Below, piece after piece: positions 1 to 8,969 of a stretch of DNA of 64,000 bases; positions within the stretch are counted from its first letter, which is position 1, and the number at the start of each line of letters is the position of its first letter. The stretch is from Thermoanaerobaculia bacterium. Its GTDB lineage: Bacteria > Acidobacteriota > Thermoanaerobaculia > Multivoradales > JAGPDF01. Position numbers and translations under genes: made by a program. The stretch spans positions 657,037 to 721,036 of the forward strand of contig CAWDWZ010000006.1 in the NCBI GenBank assembly GCA_963806165.1, read 5' to 3'. The notes under the pieces are model-generated. The model was given only the letters and a program-made list of their open reading frames with translations. It searched no databases and was not told the origin of the DNA.

Positions 1-113
1 ATCGAGCCCGAGAGCACCAGGGCGTCGCCTGCCGTCGCGCGCTTGTGCCAGAAGTAGAACGCGACCGCGCCCGCGGCGAGCACGAAGAAGAGACGAACGA
101 GCGTGCGTTTCAT
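1..113 (-). CDS. N-terminal fragment of a membrane-anchored or secreted protein. The gene continues beyond the window start. Possibly a periplasmic adaptor-like protein.
   Basis: The reverse complement of 1-113 begins ATG (plus-strand 'cat' at 111-113) and reads MKRTLVRLFFVLAAGAVAFYFWHKRATAGDALVLSGS. That is a positively charged N-terminus followed by a hydrophobic helix. Only 37 codons are visible. Confidence 0.35.
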   Translation of the reverse strand, partial: MKRTLVRLFFVLAAGAVAFYFWHKRATAGDALVLSGS

Positions 114-296
114 GGCGACTCCTCAGTCGGTGGGACGCGGGACGCCCGGAGCCCCGGGCGTCCCGATCCCGCGGAGCGTATCGAGAAAGCGGGGGCGCTC
201 GGGAGGAGCCGGGCGTTTGGCCCGGAATCGGCCCTCCCTGGGCGCGCTCGGCCCCCACAGCGGTTACAATCGGCCTCCGATCAGAACGGAGGCATC

Positions 297-998
297 TTGA
301 CGGCCCTCAACGATCCGAATCTGCTGGGTGAGATCCCTCTCTTTCGCGGGATCTCCGCCGACCGCCTCAAGCGCCTGAACGAGGTCATGCACAAGAAGTC
401 CGTGCCGGCCGGCACCAACATGATCACCGCCGAGCAGCCGGGCGAGGTGGTCTACGTTCTGCTCGAGGGCACGGTCAAGATCCTCATCGAGCAGGTGGAC
501 GGCCGCGAAGTCATTCTCGCTTTCCTCGGCGCCGGCGACACGGTGGGCGAGATGAGCCTGGTCGATTCCGCCGGGCGCTCCGCCAACGTCATGACGATGG
601 AGAAGTGCACCTTCCTCTGGATGGACCGCGCCACCTTCCAGGACTGCCTGAAGAACGTCTCCGAGTTCACCCAGAACCTCGTCCGCCTCCTCTCCGGGAG
701 ACTGCGCATGGCGAACGAGCAGATCCAGTCGCTCTCTTCGCTCGACGTCGCGGGACGCCTGGCGCGCCAGCTGCTCGCCTTCACCGAGCGCTACGGCACC
801 CCCGACGAGTCCGACGGCGGCGGCGTGAGGATCAACCTCCGGCTCACCCAGACCGATCTCGCCGAGCTCGTCGGCGCTTCCCGCGAGCGCGTCAACCAGG
901 TGATGGTCGAGTTCCGCCAGAAGGGCTACCTCTCGGTCGATAGCGCCCATCACATCCAGGTCCATCAGCCCCCGGAGCTCGCGCGGCTCTGCCGCTAG
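297..998 (+). CDS. Crp/Fnr-family transcriptional regulator (cNMP-binding domain plus C-terminal HTH).
   Basis: The ORF 45..998 contains a cyclic-nucleotide-binding fold (LFRGISADRLKRLNE...GEMSLVD) and a Crp-type HTH (TQTDLAELVGASRERVNQVMVEFRQKGYL). The first 84 codons are low-complexity. I place the start at TTG 297, which has a GGAGG sequence 5 nt upstream. This avoids overlap with the divergent gene that starts at 113. Confidence 0.85.
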   Translation: MTALNDPNLLGEIPLFRGISADRLKRLNEVMHKKSVPAGTNMITAEQPGEVVYVLLEGTVKILIEQVDGREVILAFLGAGDTVGEMSLVDSAGRSANVMTMEKCTFLWMDRATFQDCLKNVSEFTQNLVRLLSGRLRMANEQIQSLSSLDVAGRLARQLLAFTERYGTPDESDGGGVRINLRLTQTDLAELVGASRERVNQVMVEFRQKGYLSVDSAHHIQVHQPPELARLCR

Positions 999-1032
999 CA
1001 GCTTCGGCTTCCCGATCGCCAACGAGGTATCC

Positions 1033-2578
1033 ATGCGCAACGGCTCCCGCCTCTGCTTCGTCTTCCTGCTGCTCTCAGCGGCGGCGGTCTTTCCCGCCGG
1101 TCCGGCCGCCGCGGCGAGCTGGGCCGGGAAGGTCGACCCTTGGGTGCTCGACCAGCTCGCCCTCGAGCCCTCGGGCGAGAGCGAGTTTCTGATCGTGCTC
1201 GCCGAGCAGGCCGATCTTTCCGGCGCCGCACACCTTTCGACGAAGCTCGCCAAGGGAAGCTATGTCTTCGCCAAGCTGCGGGAGACCGCGGCGCGCACCC
1301 AGGCGCCGCTCCTCGACGAGCTCTCGCGCGCCGGCGTCGTCCATCGCCCGTTCTGGATCGCCAACATGATCTGGGCCAAAGGGAACGCGACCGCGATCGC
1401 ATCCTTGGCCGCACGCGCGGACGTGGCGCGCATCGCCGCCAATCCGCGGGTACACCTGGACTCGCCGACCCGCGGGGAAGGCAACGAACCTGCGCTCCTT
1501 CCGGACACGATCGAGTGGAACATCACGCAGGTGAACGCCCCGGCGGTCTGGGCCCTGGGCTACACCGGTCAGGGCGCGGTCGTCGCCGGCCAGGACACCG
1601 GCTACCAGTGGGACCATCCGGCGCTCGAGGGCAAGTACCGCGGCTGGAACGGCGCCACCGCCGATCACAACTTCCACTGGCACGACGCGATTCACTCCGG
1701 CGGTGGCAGCTGCGGGTTCAACTCGCCGGTGCCCTGCGACGACTACGGCCACGGCACCCACACCATGGGCACCATGGTGGGGGACGACGGCGGAGTGAAT
1801 CAGATCGGCATGGCGCCGGGAGCGAGATGGATCGGCTGCCGCAACATGGACCAGGGCAACGGCACGCCCGGCGACCTACGCCGAGTGCTATCAGTGGTTC
1901 ATTGCGCCAACCGATCTCAATAACCTGAATCCCGATCCGGCGCTGGCGCCCGATGTGATCAACAACTCCTGGAGCTGCCCGACCTCCGAGGGCTGCACCG
2001 ATCCGAACGTTCTGCTGACGGTGGTCAACAACGTGCGAGCCGCCGGCATCGTCACCGTCCACTCTGCCGGCAATAGCGGCTCGGGCTGCTCGTCGGTCGA
2101 CACTCCGGCGGCGATCTACGACGCCTCGTTCACCGTCGGCTCGACCGACAGTTCCGACTCGCCTTCGGGTTTCTCCAGCCGCGGCCCGGTGACCATCGAT
2201 GGCAGCAACCGGATGAAGCCCGACATCGCGGCACCGGGGGATTGCGTGCGCTCGAGCATTCCCGGCAACAGCTACGGCAGCTGCTGGTCCGGCACCTCGA
2301 TGGCCGGCCCGCACGTCGCCGGGCTGGTGGCGCTGCTGCTCTCCGCCGATCCTCAGCTGCGGGGCGATGTCGACCGGATCGAGCTCCTCATCCGGCGCAG
2401 CGCCAACCACCCGACGACGAGCGCCCAGGTCTGCGGTGGCGTCGCGGCGAACGTCTTTCCGAACAATACTTTCGGCGCCGGCAGGATCGACGCGCTGGCG
2501 ATGATTCAGTCGTACATCCTGTTTCGCGACGGCTTCGAGACCGACACGACCAGCGCCTGGTCGGCCGTCGTCCCCTGA
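1033..2578 (+). CDS. Secreted S8 (subtilisin-like) serine peptidase with an N-terminal propeptide. It is split by a one-base frameshift near 1865-1875.
   Basis: There is a signal peptide (MRNGSRLCFVFLLLSAAAVFPAGPAAAA) and an I9-like propeptide. The catalytic Asp (VVAGQDTGY) and His (HGTHTMGT) lie in the ORF 1033..1923. The catalytic Ser (GTSMAGPHVAG) lies in the ORF 1955..2578, which is in a different frame. Deleting one C from the CCC run at about 1867-1869 restores ...GTPATYAECYQWFIAPTDLNNLNPDPALAPDVINNSW..., a typical subtilase sequence. Confidence 0.8.
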
Positions 2579-2610
2579 CGGGATCTCGACGGAGCTGACT
2601 CGGCGGCGCC

Positions 2611-4366
2611 TCAGGCGCGGCGCCGGCGCGAGCGCAGGCGCCGAAGACCGACGGCGGCGAGAGTGAGGGCGGCGAGCGCCAGGCCGGCGCCGGAGAGCGC
2701 CGGGATCTCCACGATCCCCCCGCCGCCCACCGCGAGCGTCGCCTCGTTGCGCGCCACCTCGATCTCGATCGGGTCCCCGTGCGTGGTCTCGGTCCAGCCC
2801 TTGGTCACCGCGAGCGCCCGCCAGGCGCGCCGGTAGAGGAGGACCGCGGTCACCTGCACCTCGCTGCCCTGCGGCGTGCCGGGCGGGAGCGCGAACTCGA
2901 CCGCGGTGGTGTCGACCGTGCCGGAGGGGATAGTGGTCTGCGAGTAGACATCCTCGGCGTCGATGAAGAGCACCGGCCGCACCACCGGGCCCTGGCCGTT
3001 GATCCGCCCCTCGAGCACCTTCGCGAATCCCTTGCCCGGCTGCCCGGCGAGATCCCCCGGCTGATCTCCCGGCACGTCGTCCGAGGCCCAGAACGGAATC
3101 GTCGAACCGGCGACCTGGGCGAGCGGCTGGCCGTCGAGCGTGGCGGTGATCCAGAGAATGGCGTTTCTCAGCGTGATGCCGGTCGGGAAGCTGTGCCCGG
3201 CGCCGAAGTTGTCGACCGAGCTCGTGACGAGGACATTGCCCGCACCGGTCTGGGCCACCGTGGTGTTGAGCGCGAGATTCGCCGAGAGCGTCTCGGCGGT
3301 CGCGCCGATGAAGGTGTGCTCGTGGCGCTCGTCGCTCTCGCCGGTCCGGGCCGCCGAACTCGCAGTTCTGGCCGATCCCCGGCATGGCCGGCATGTGGCA
3401 GTCCTGGCAGGCCTCGAAGTTCGGACCCGGGACGGCGTAGGGCGACGCCTGCCACTCGGTGTAGGTCGTCTGCCCGGGAGCGTCGGTCGTCGGGTTGTGG
3501 TACTGGTGGCAGGAGGCGCAGAGTTGAGCGCTCTCGTGGAGCGGCGACTTCGACGGCCGCATCAGGTTGAAAGTGACGTCATCCAGCGGGCCCCATTCGA
3601 ATTGCGAGGTCGTCTCGCCTTCGCCGGGCGCAGGGAAGCGATAGGTCGCCTTGCCGCGATGATGCAGGGCGTTGATCTGGCTTTCGTCGATCGAGTCCAG
3701 CTGGTGGCACGAGACGCAGATGACGCCCTGCGCACCGTTCAAGGCGGTCGCCTCGTCGAGCGGCACGCCCTCGGGGCGGGGATCCTGGAGGTCCTGCATC
3801 GGGGCGTGGCAGGTGGCGCAGAAGCCGGTCTCGCCCGGGTCGTGGGTGTTCTTGAAGACGTAGCCGGCGCCGCCGCCCGGCGTGCCGGTGCCGGAGAACA
3901 GGTCGAGCACCCAGTGGTTCTGCGCGCTGTAGGCGTGATGGGAGGTCGCCCACTGCGAATAGCGCTCGAAATGACAGGCGCCGCACTCCGAAACGTCCGG
4001 CGGATCGTAAGTCGGATTCTCCACCGTCGTCATGAGCTCCATGCGGATGTCGAGGCCGGTGTCGCCGTCGATCGCCGGAGTGCCACCGATGATGAAGTTC
4101 TCCGGCGCGCTGCGCAGATAGGGGATCGCGGCGGTGACGAGGACTTGGCCGATCGGATTGGCGACCACGGTGAAGCTGCCATCGGCCGCCGAGAAGGTGC
4201 CCGGGGTCTCGAGATCGGCCTGGAAATGCACATAGGCCCCCCCGATCGGCGTCCCCGGATCGCCGCTCCCCGCGACGCGCACGAAGCCGGAGATGTCGGC
4301 CGTTGCCGCGCGCGCGGCAAGAACGAACGCAGCGAGGAGAAGAGCGCTTGCGGGGCGACGGGCCAT
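2611..4366 (-). CDS. Secreted pentaheme c-type cytochrome with an N-terminal carboxypeptidase-regulatory-like domain and a C-terminal PEP-CTERM-like anchor. Frameshifted near 3341-3355.
   Basis: The start is at 4366, with GGAG upstream on the minus strand. The signal peptide is MARRPASALLLAAFVLAARAATA. There are five CxxCH motifs: CGACH, CATCH, CVSCH, CASCH and CQDCH. The C-terminal 215 residues sit in the adjacent frame (ORF 2611..3258). They end ...IVEIPALSGAGLALAALTLAAVGLRRLRSRRRRA, which is a hydrophobic helix plus an Arg cluster like a sorting signal. The frame break falls in a GGCGGCCCGGACC run. Confidence 0.75.
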
Positions 4367-4696
4367 CGGATGGACTCCAAGAGAAAGAAGCGTTGCCGCC
4401 ATTCTCCGCCAAGCCCCCGAGGAAGGCTAGAGCCTAAGCCGCTCCGCAAGGTGCCCCTCCCAGCCGCCGCGCCGCCACTTTCCTGATTCGATCCCGGCGT
4501 GCCGCGATCTAGCGGTCGCGCCCCTCGGCTTATCCGACCGATTTCGTCGCCTCCGCACCGCCCCAAGCCCGTGCGCGCCCGCCGCACCAACTGTGCGACA
4601 CTCTTATCCAGCCAATGTCACACGGACTAGCGATGTCACATTTGTCGACGAATCCTAGTCAGGCGATCGGGAAAGAAATGGAGAATTAGGGGCAAC

Positions 4697-5185
4697 GTGT
4701 TAAGGGAGATCGTTACCAACCTCTCGCTCCTTAGCGTGGGAGCACTGTTTGGCGGCTCGCTGTACGACGCCGTGGTCTTGGCCCCGAATTTTCGAGGCGG
4801 TCCCGGTGGGCTCGAGCATGCGCGACTCTTCATGGCTCGCGCAACGCCGGCAAACCTGTTCCGAGTTGTTGCACCCACTTCCCAAGTGTTTGTTCTCCTT
4901 TCAGTCGTTGCGAACTGGTCGAGCCCGCAATGTCGGTGGCCTCTCGCCGGCGCCTTTATCGCGCTAGTTGTCAATGACGTCATTACGTTCACGTACCACT
5001 ATCCGCGCAATGCCTTGTTCTTCACGGCGCCGCTCACGGTCGATCCGGAGCGCCTCGACATCGCAGCCCGTCAGTGGGCGTCAATGAATCTTGTTCGTGT
5101 GGCTCTGGCGCTTGGTGCGTGGGTCGGCGTGTGGATCGCCGTCGTTCGAACTGCGCACGAAGGTCGCTTGTGGCCGATCGCCTAA
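4697..5185 (+). CDS. DUF1772-family membrane protein (anthrone-oxygenase-like).
   Basis: It is 162 aa with four predicted TM helices. The sequence LYDAVVLAPNFRGGPGGLEHARLFMARATPANLF...NDVITFTYHYPRNALFF is typical of DUF1772. The start is GTG with AGGGG upstream. It lies in a lower-GC segment. Confidence 0.65.
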   Translation: MLREIVTNLSLLSVGALFGGSLYDAVVLAPNFRGGPGGLEHARLFMARATPANLFRVVAPTSQVFVLLSVVANWSSPQCRWPLAGAFIALVVNDVITFTYHYPRNALFFTAPLTVDPERLDIAARQWASMNLVRVALALGAWVGVWIAVVRTAHEGRLWPIA

Positions 5186-5298
5186 CCATTCGCCGCAGCC
5201 GACGCGCCTCTTGCGCCTCGGCTCGCTGCGCTCGGTGAACCTCGTGGGGCGCGCGGCTCGAGCTCAGGATTCGTTAGACAACCTGGCAGGAGCTGGCT

Positions 5299-5529
5299 GT
5301 GAGCAAGCAATCCGAGCGCAAGGCGATTTCTAAGTCCGGAGTCATTGTCCTCGTCGCTTGCGGAGTGGTGTTCTTGGTTGCTCAGTCGCTCATTTCCGCA
5401 GGCGTCGATCTGGGCTGGCTCGGCAGGGTCGTGAACTGGACATGCGGCGTAATCGCAATCCTTACTTTCCTGGACCCACTCTTTTGGCTCTTTCGGCACG
5501 CGCGTGGAGGTAGACCATGGGATGCGTAG
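5299..5529 (+). CDS. Small two-TM membrane protein (76 aa), hypothetical.
   Basis: GTG start with GGAGC upstream. The sequence is MSKQSERKAISKSG followed by two hydrophobic helices. No recognisable family. Lower-GC island. Confidence 0.4.
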   Translation: MSKQSERKAISKSGVIVLVACGVVFLVAQSLISAGVDLGWLGRVVNWTCGVIAILTFLDPLFWLFRHARGGRPWDA

Positions 5530-5706
5530 TATCTCGTCGCGTTCCACGGACATTGACTCCGCTCGGATCTGTGCCTTTCGTGCCGCGAGGCATAAGCTTT
5601 GGTGGCAGATTGTCTTACCAGTCGCTCGAGCGGACGCGTGTAGCAGCGACGGTCCGCTTCGTGGGTCGCCAACTATTGCGCACCGCTCAGCTCCAGATTC
5701 GTTAGG

Positions 5707-5733
5707 CCGCTCCGGAGCGGTATTCCTATTCTG
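5707..5733 (+). terminator. Putative intrinsic terminator: a 14-nt perfect palindrome CCGCTCCGGAGCGG followed by the T-rich tract TATTCCTATTCT.
   Basis: Seen directly in the sequence. It sits in the intergenic region between the small ORFs at 5299 and 5782 in the lower-GC island. The stem is GC-rich but the U-tract is imperfect. Confidence 0.3.
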
Positions 5734-5781
5734 CCGAGCTCAAATGTTGAAAGCTCGTGCAAACGCGAAAGAGGAGAAAAT

Positions 5782-5967
5782 ATGGAGCGTTCTAGATCGA
5801 ATCTGGCCGTTTTGGCGATGCTCGTAATTTTTGGCGTGGGCGCCATCGTGCGTTTCTCTCATGACGTGAGGGGTGTCCAAGTTGTCGGACTAACCGGAGG
5901 TGGCGCAGCATGCGGAGTCGCGCTCTGCGGTTTCCTTTGGGCGGTCATGACAAGAGGCAAGGCCTGA
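5782..5967 (+). CDS. Small two-TM membrane protein (61 aa), hypothetical.
   Basis: Strong RBS AAAGAGGAG 7 nt upstream of the ATG. The sequence is MERSRSN followed by two hydrophobic helices. It has the same architecture as the ORF at 5299. Confidence 0.5.
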   Translation: MERSRSNLAVLAMLVIFGVGAIVRFSHDVRGVQVVGLTGGGAACGVALCGFLWAVMTRGKA

Positions 5968-6187
5968 GCGCCAGCGCTGGTGCGGTTGCTCTGCGCACCG
6001 CTGCACGCTGTCCAAACGTGCATAGGGAATTCCTGAACCCGCGTGTTTCCGTCGCGGCATCGATCGTCGTACGAGCCTCGAGGTGCTTGTGCCTCGGAGC
6101 AGCAAGAGCGGCCTAACAAGGCGTTGCAGCGGACCGGCTGCGCCGTCCGCTGAATTTTTTCGTCAGGCGACACAGCTGATCAGCGGC

Positions 6188-6478
6188 ATGAAGACAATCG
6201 CGTTAGTGATCGCGTGGATCGCGGCTTGGGCGTGGGCGCTCCTGGCGGGTGTTGGTGGCCTGGTGCTTCTCATACACGAAGGGCCGCTACCCATCACGAA
6301 CGGCTGGTTCGCGATGTTCTCCGGAATCGCCGCCTGTCCCCTGACGGCCACGCTTCTGAAGAGGTATGCCGGTATCCCGGTCTCCGGCTGGATTCAGTTC
6401 GCGATTGCCCTGCTCATCTTCGTCGCGGGGCGAATTGCCGTCGTCGTGGTGCTCCATCGTCCCTTCGTACCGCAATGA
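6188..6478 (+). CDS. Small three-TM membrane protein (about 96 aa), hypothetical. An alternative GTG start at 6083 is possible.
   Basis: MKTIALVIAWIAAWAWALLAGVGGLVLL... is hydrophobic with three helices. It lies within the ORF 6083..6478. Which start is used is unresolved. Confidence 0.4.
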   Translation: MKTIALVIAWIAAWAWALLAGVGGLVLLIHEGPLPITNGWFAMFSGIAACPLTATLLKRYAGIPVSGWIQFAIALLIFVAGRIAVVVVLHRPFVPQ

Positions 6479-6662
6479 ACTCCATAGCCGCCAAGCGCGG
6501 CCCGGTAGGGAGACGTATTATCTTCAGGCGCGCGAAGGTCGCTGTCGCTCGCCGAAGATGCTTCAAGGAATGGCGCTCAATGCGTGGAGCGCCGGCGGCA
6601 ATCGTGGTGAGTCTTGTGATCCTTGGCATCTTCTGAATGCGCCACGAGAAAGGACGCGATCG

Positions 6663-6896
6663 ATGCGAACTGTCTTCTGGCTCCTCGGCTCGGCACTCCT
6701 CGCCTTGGGTGCCCTGCTCGTCTACTCGCTGCTCTACGACGCGACCGACCTCACCAAGCTCTTCGGCTTTGATCCCGCAGGGGCCGAGGCGATCGTGGTC
6801 CTGGTCGGCCTCGGTGTCGCCGCAACCGCGCTGACTCTCGGCATCCGTTTCGTCCGACGGTCGTCCCCGCCGCGACTTCGTGCCGATGCCGGCTGA
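6663..6896 (+). CDS. Small two-TM membrane protein (77 aa), hypothetical.
   Basis: ATG with AAAGGA 8 nt upstream. The sequence is MRTVFWLLGSALLALGALLVYSLL...GIRFVRRSS. The longer ORF 6366..6896 has an implausible N-terminal extension. Confidence 0.45.
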   Translation: MRTVFWLLGSALLALGALLVYSLLYDATDLTKLFGFDPAGAEAIVVLVGLGVAATALTLGIRFVRRSSPPRLRADAG

Positions 6897-6907
6897 CAAC
6901 GTCTGAG

Positions 6908-7471
6908 ATGCTCGGCGCTGCTTGGGTCCTCGTCGTGCTCTTTCCGGTCTCGGAGATCGTGCTCGGACTCGTCGAACGAGCCCAACCCGGCCTGGCTGCG
7001 GGCCAGGACAGGGGCTCTATGCGGCTCCTGTGGCTGGTCATCTCGGCCGGCGTCGCGGCGGCGATCTTCGCGCAACAGGTCGCGGTGACGCGCATGCACA
7101 TGGCGCCACAGGCCCGCTTGGCAGTGGCTGTCGGGCTTCTCGCCGTCGGTCTGGCCATTCGCTGGGCGGCAATCCTCACCCTTGGAAAGTTCTTCACGGT
7201 GGATGTGGCCGTCCGTCCAGACCACGCGCTCGTCGAGACGGGCCTGTACCGCTATGTGCGCCATCCCTCCTACGCCGGCCTGCTGCTCGCATTCGGCGGG
7301 CTCGGCACGTTCTTTGGCAACTGGCTCGGCCTGGTCGTGCTCTTGGTCCCTATCGCTCTCGCTCTCGCGCACCGGATCGCGGTCGAGGAGGCGGCTCTCG
7401 GCCGGGCACTGGGCGCGGAGTACACGAGCTACTGTGCTCGCACCAAGCGCCTTGTTCCAGGGGTCTACTAG
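6908..7471 (+). CDS. Membrane-embedded methyltransferase of the isoprenylcysteine carboxyl methyltransferase (ICMT) / phospholipid methyltransferase family.
   Basis: It has the multi-TM protein with the C-terminal signature ETGLYRYVRHPSYAGLLLAFGG...EEAALGRALGAEY, which is the SAM-binding motif shared by ICMT, PEMT and SrsB-type enzymes. Confidence 0.8.
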   Translation: MLGAAWVLVVLFPVSEIVLGLVERAQPGLAAGQDRGSMRLLWLVISAGVAAAIFAQQVAVTRMHMAPQARLAVAVGLLAVGLAIRWAAILTLGKFFTVDVAVRPDHALVETGLYRYVRHPSYAGLLLAFGGLGTFFGNWLGLVVLLVPIALALAHRIAVEEAALGRALGAEYTSYCARTKRLVPGVY

Positions 7472-7487
7472 TGAAGGCCGGTAGATC

Positions 7488-7997
7488 GTGAGCATGGGCG
7501 CGAACGACATCCTCGGTGCAATTGCCATTGGGGTTGGCGCCACTCTGGTCATGGACCTTTGGAATCTGTTCCTGAAGCGTGCGTTCGGCATTCCATCGCT
7601 CGACTACTGCTCGCTCGGACGCTGGCTTCGCCATATGCCGGGCGGCACCTTCAGGCATGCGAGCATCTCCACCGCGCCCCGGAAGACCTTTGAGTGCACG
7701 GTCGGCAGAATCGCCCACTACACTATTGGCGCCGCGCTCGGGCTTCTCTTCGTCGTTCTGGCATCAGGCGACTGGCTTGCGCGGCCTACCTTGCTGCCTG
7801 CGCTGCTTTTCGGCATCGGCACCGTAGTGTTCCCGTTCCTCATCCTGCAGCCGTCGTTCGGCCTCGGCATTGCTGCCTCCAGAACGCCCAAGCCAACCCA
7901 GGCCAGGCTGAAGAGCCTTGCGACGCATACCGTATTCGGAGTCGGGCTGTTTGTGTGCGCACTTGGCTTGAGCTTCCTGCTGCGGGCTCAAACCTGA
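7488..7997 (+). CDS. DUF2938-family membrane protein.
   Basis: A 169-aa polytopic protein. ILGAIAIGVGATLVMDLWNLFLKRAFGIPSLDYCSLGRWLRHMPGGTF is characteristic of DUF2938. GTG start. Confidence 0.65.
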   Translation: MSMGANDILGAIAIGVGATLVMDLWNLFLKRAFGIPSLDYCSLGRWLRHMPGGTFRHASISTAPRKTFECTVGRIAHYTIGAALGLLFVVLASGDWLARPTLLPALLFGIGTVVFPFLILQPSFGLGIAASRTPKPTQARLKSLATHTVFGVGLFVCALGLSFLLRAQT

Positions 7998-8098
7998 CGA
8001 CTGCATGCAGCCGACGCCGCAACGCGGCGCGGCCGATGGCGGGCATCTGCCCGCTTTCGATACTGTCCGCGCGAGGGTTCTCGAGAAGGCACTGGAAG

Positions 8099-8443
8099 AT
8101 GGACGTCCATTTCGACTGCGTCTTCTACTACGTCCGGGATCTGGCGACGGCTGTGCGCTTCTATTCGGATGTTCTGGGCCTCACGCTCTCCTCCACAGAC
8201 GCTGTCGCACGATTCGATCTCGACGGTGTCCTCCTCGAGCTCGTCCCTGCCGGGGATGAGACCGAGCTCTCGGGGGCCGGCAACGCGCGCCTCTGCCTGA
8301 AAGTCGACGACCTCGAAGAGGCAGCCACGGCGCTCCGCGCCAAGGGGGTCCGGGTTGGCAGCATCCGAACGGTCGAAAATGGAAGACTCGCCTCCTTCCA
8401 GGACCCTGACGGAAACGAGCTCGTCCTCTGGCAGTATTCCTGA
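8099..8443 (+). CDS. VOC-family protein (glyoxalase / bleomycin-resistance / dioxygenase fold).
   Basis: MDVHFDCVFYYVRDLATAVRFYSDVLGL...FQDPDGNELVLWQ is a typical single-module VOC fold. The start is the ATG at 8099, in frame within the ORF 7694..8443. The upstream part of that ORF overlaps the preceding gene. Confidence 0.75.
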   Translation: MDVHFDCVFYYVRDLATAVRFYSDVLGLTLSSTDAVARFDLDGVLLELVPAGDETELSGAGNARLCLKVDDLEEAATALRAKGVRVGSIRTVENGRLASFQDPDGNELVLWQYS

Positions 8444-8500
8444 GAGGCTGGCGGCAATTGGAAACGCTGGGCGACTAATCGCTCTCCCTGGAGCCATGAC

Positions 8501-8953
8501 ATGTATGCGAAGACTCTCTACGCGGGTTGGGCCGACATGGACTTCAACTCCCACATGAAGAACACGGCCTTCCTCGACAAGTCGGCCGATGTGCGACAGA
8601 TGTACCTGATCGAGAACGGATTTCCGGTGGAAGAGTTCTCGCGGCTCAGAATCGGCCCGGTGATGATGAAGGACGAGGTCGAGTACTTCAAGGAGGTCCG
8701 GCTGCAGCAAACGATCCGGGTGACCTATGCCCTTGCCGGCATCGCCTCGGACGGCAGCCGCTTTCTCCTCCGGCACGAGATCTACCGGCCGGATGGAGAA
8801 TTGAGCGCGCGCGTCACGAGCCTGGGAGGATGGCTGAACCTGGCCGAGCGCAAGCTGGTCGCGCCACCGCCGGCACTCCTGTCCGCGATGAATGCGCTCG
8901 AGAGAACGAGCGACTTCGTCGAACTGCCCTCGAGTATCAAGACGCGTGGCTGA
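8501..8953 (+). CDS. Hotdog-fold acyl-CoA thioesterase (YbgC/4HBT-like).
   Basis: 150 aa. MYAKTLYAGWADMDFNSHMKNTAFLD...RHEIYRPDGELSARVTSLGGWLNLAERK matches the 4HBT-type thioesterase pattern. Confidence 0.75.
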   Translation: MYAKTLYAGWADMDFNSHMKNTAFLDKSADVRQMYLIENGFPVEEFSRLRIGPVMMKDEVEYFKEVRLQQTIRVTYALAGIASDGSRFLLRHEIYRPDGELSARVTSLGGWLNLAERKLVAPPPALLSAMNALERTSDFVELPSSIKTRG

Positions 8954-8969
8954 CAGAAGGAGACAGACC

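Noticed and set aside
4470-4510. Possible tRNA T-arm-like sequence (TTCGATCC) that might mark an integration site for the low-GC island.
   Set aside because: The flanking bases do not form the required 5-bp T-stem or an acceptor stem. I could not fold any cloverleaf. No integrase is nearby.
5182-5553. A 123-aa minus-strand ORF antisense to the small membrane ORF at 5299.
   Set aside because: It has no RBS or recognisable features and is not conserved-looking. It occupies the same DNA as a plus-strand ORF that has a start context. I kept the plus-strand call at low confidence.
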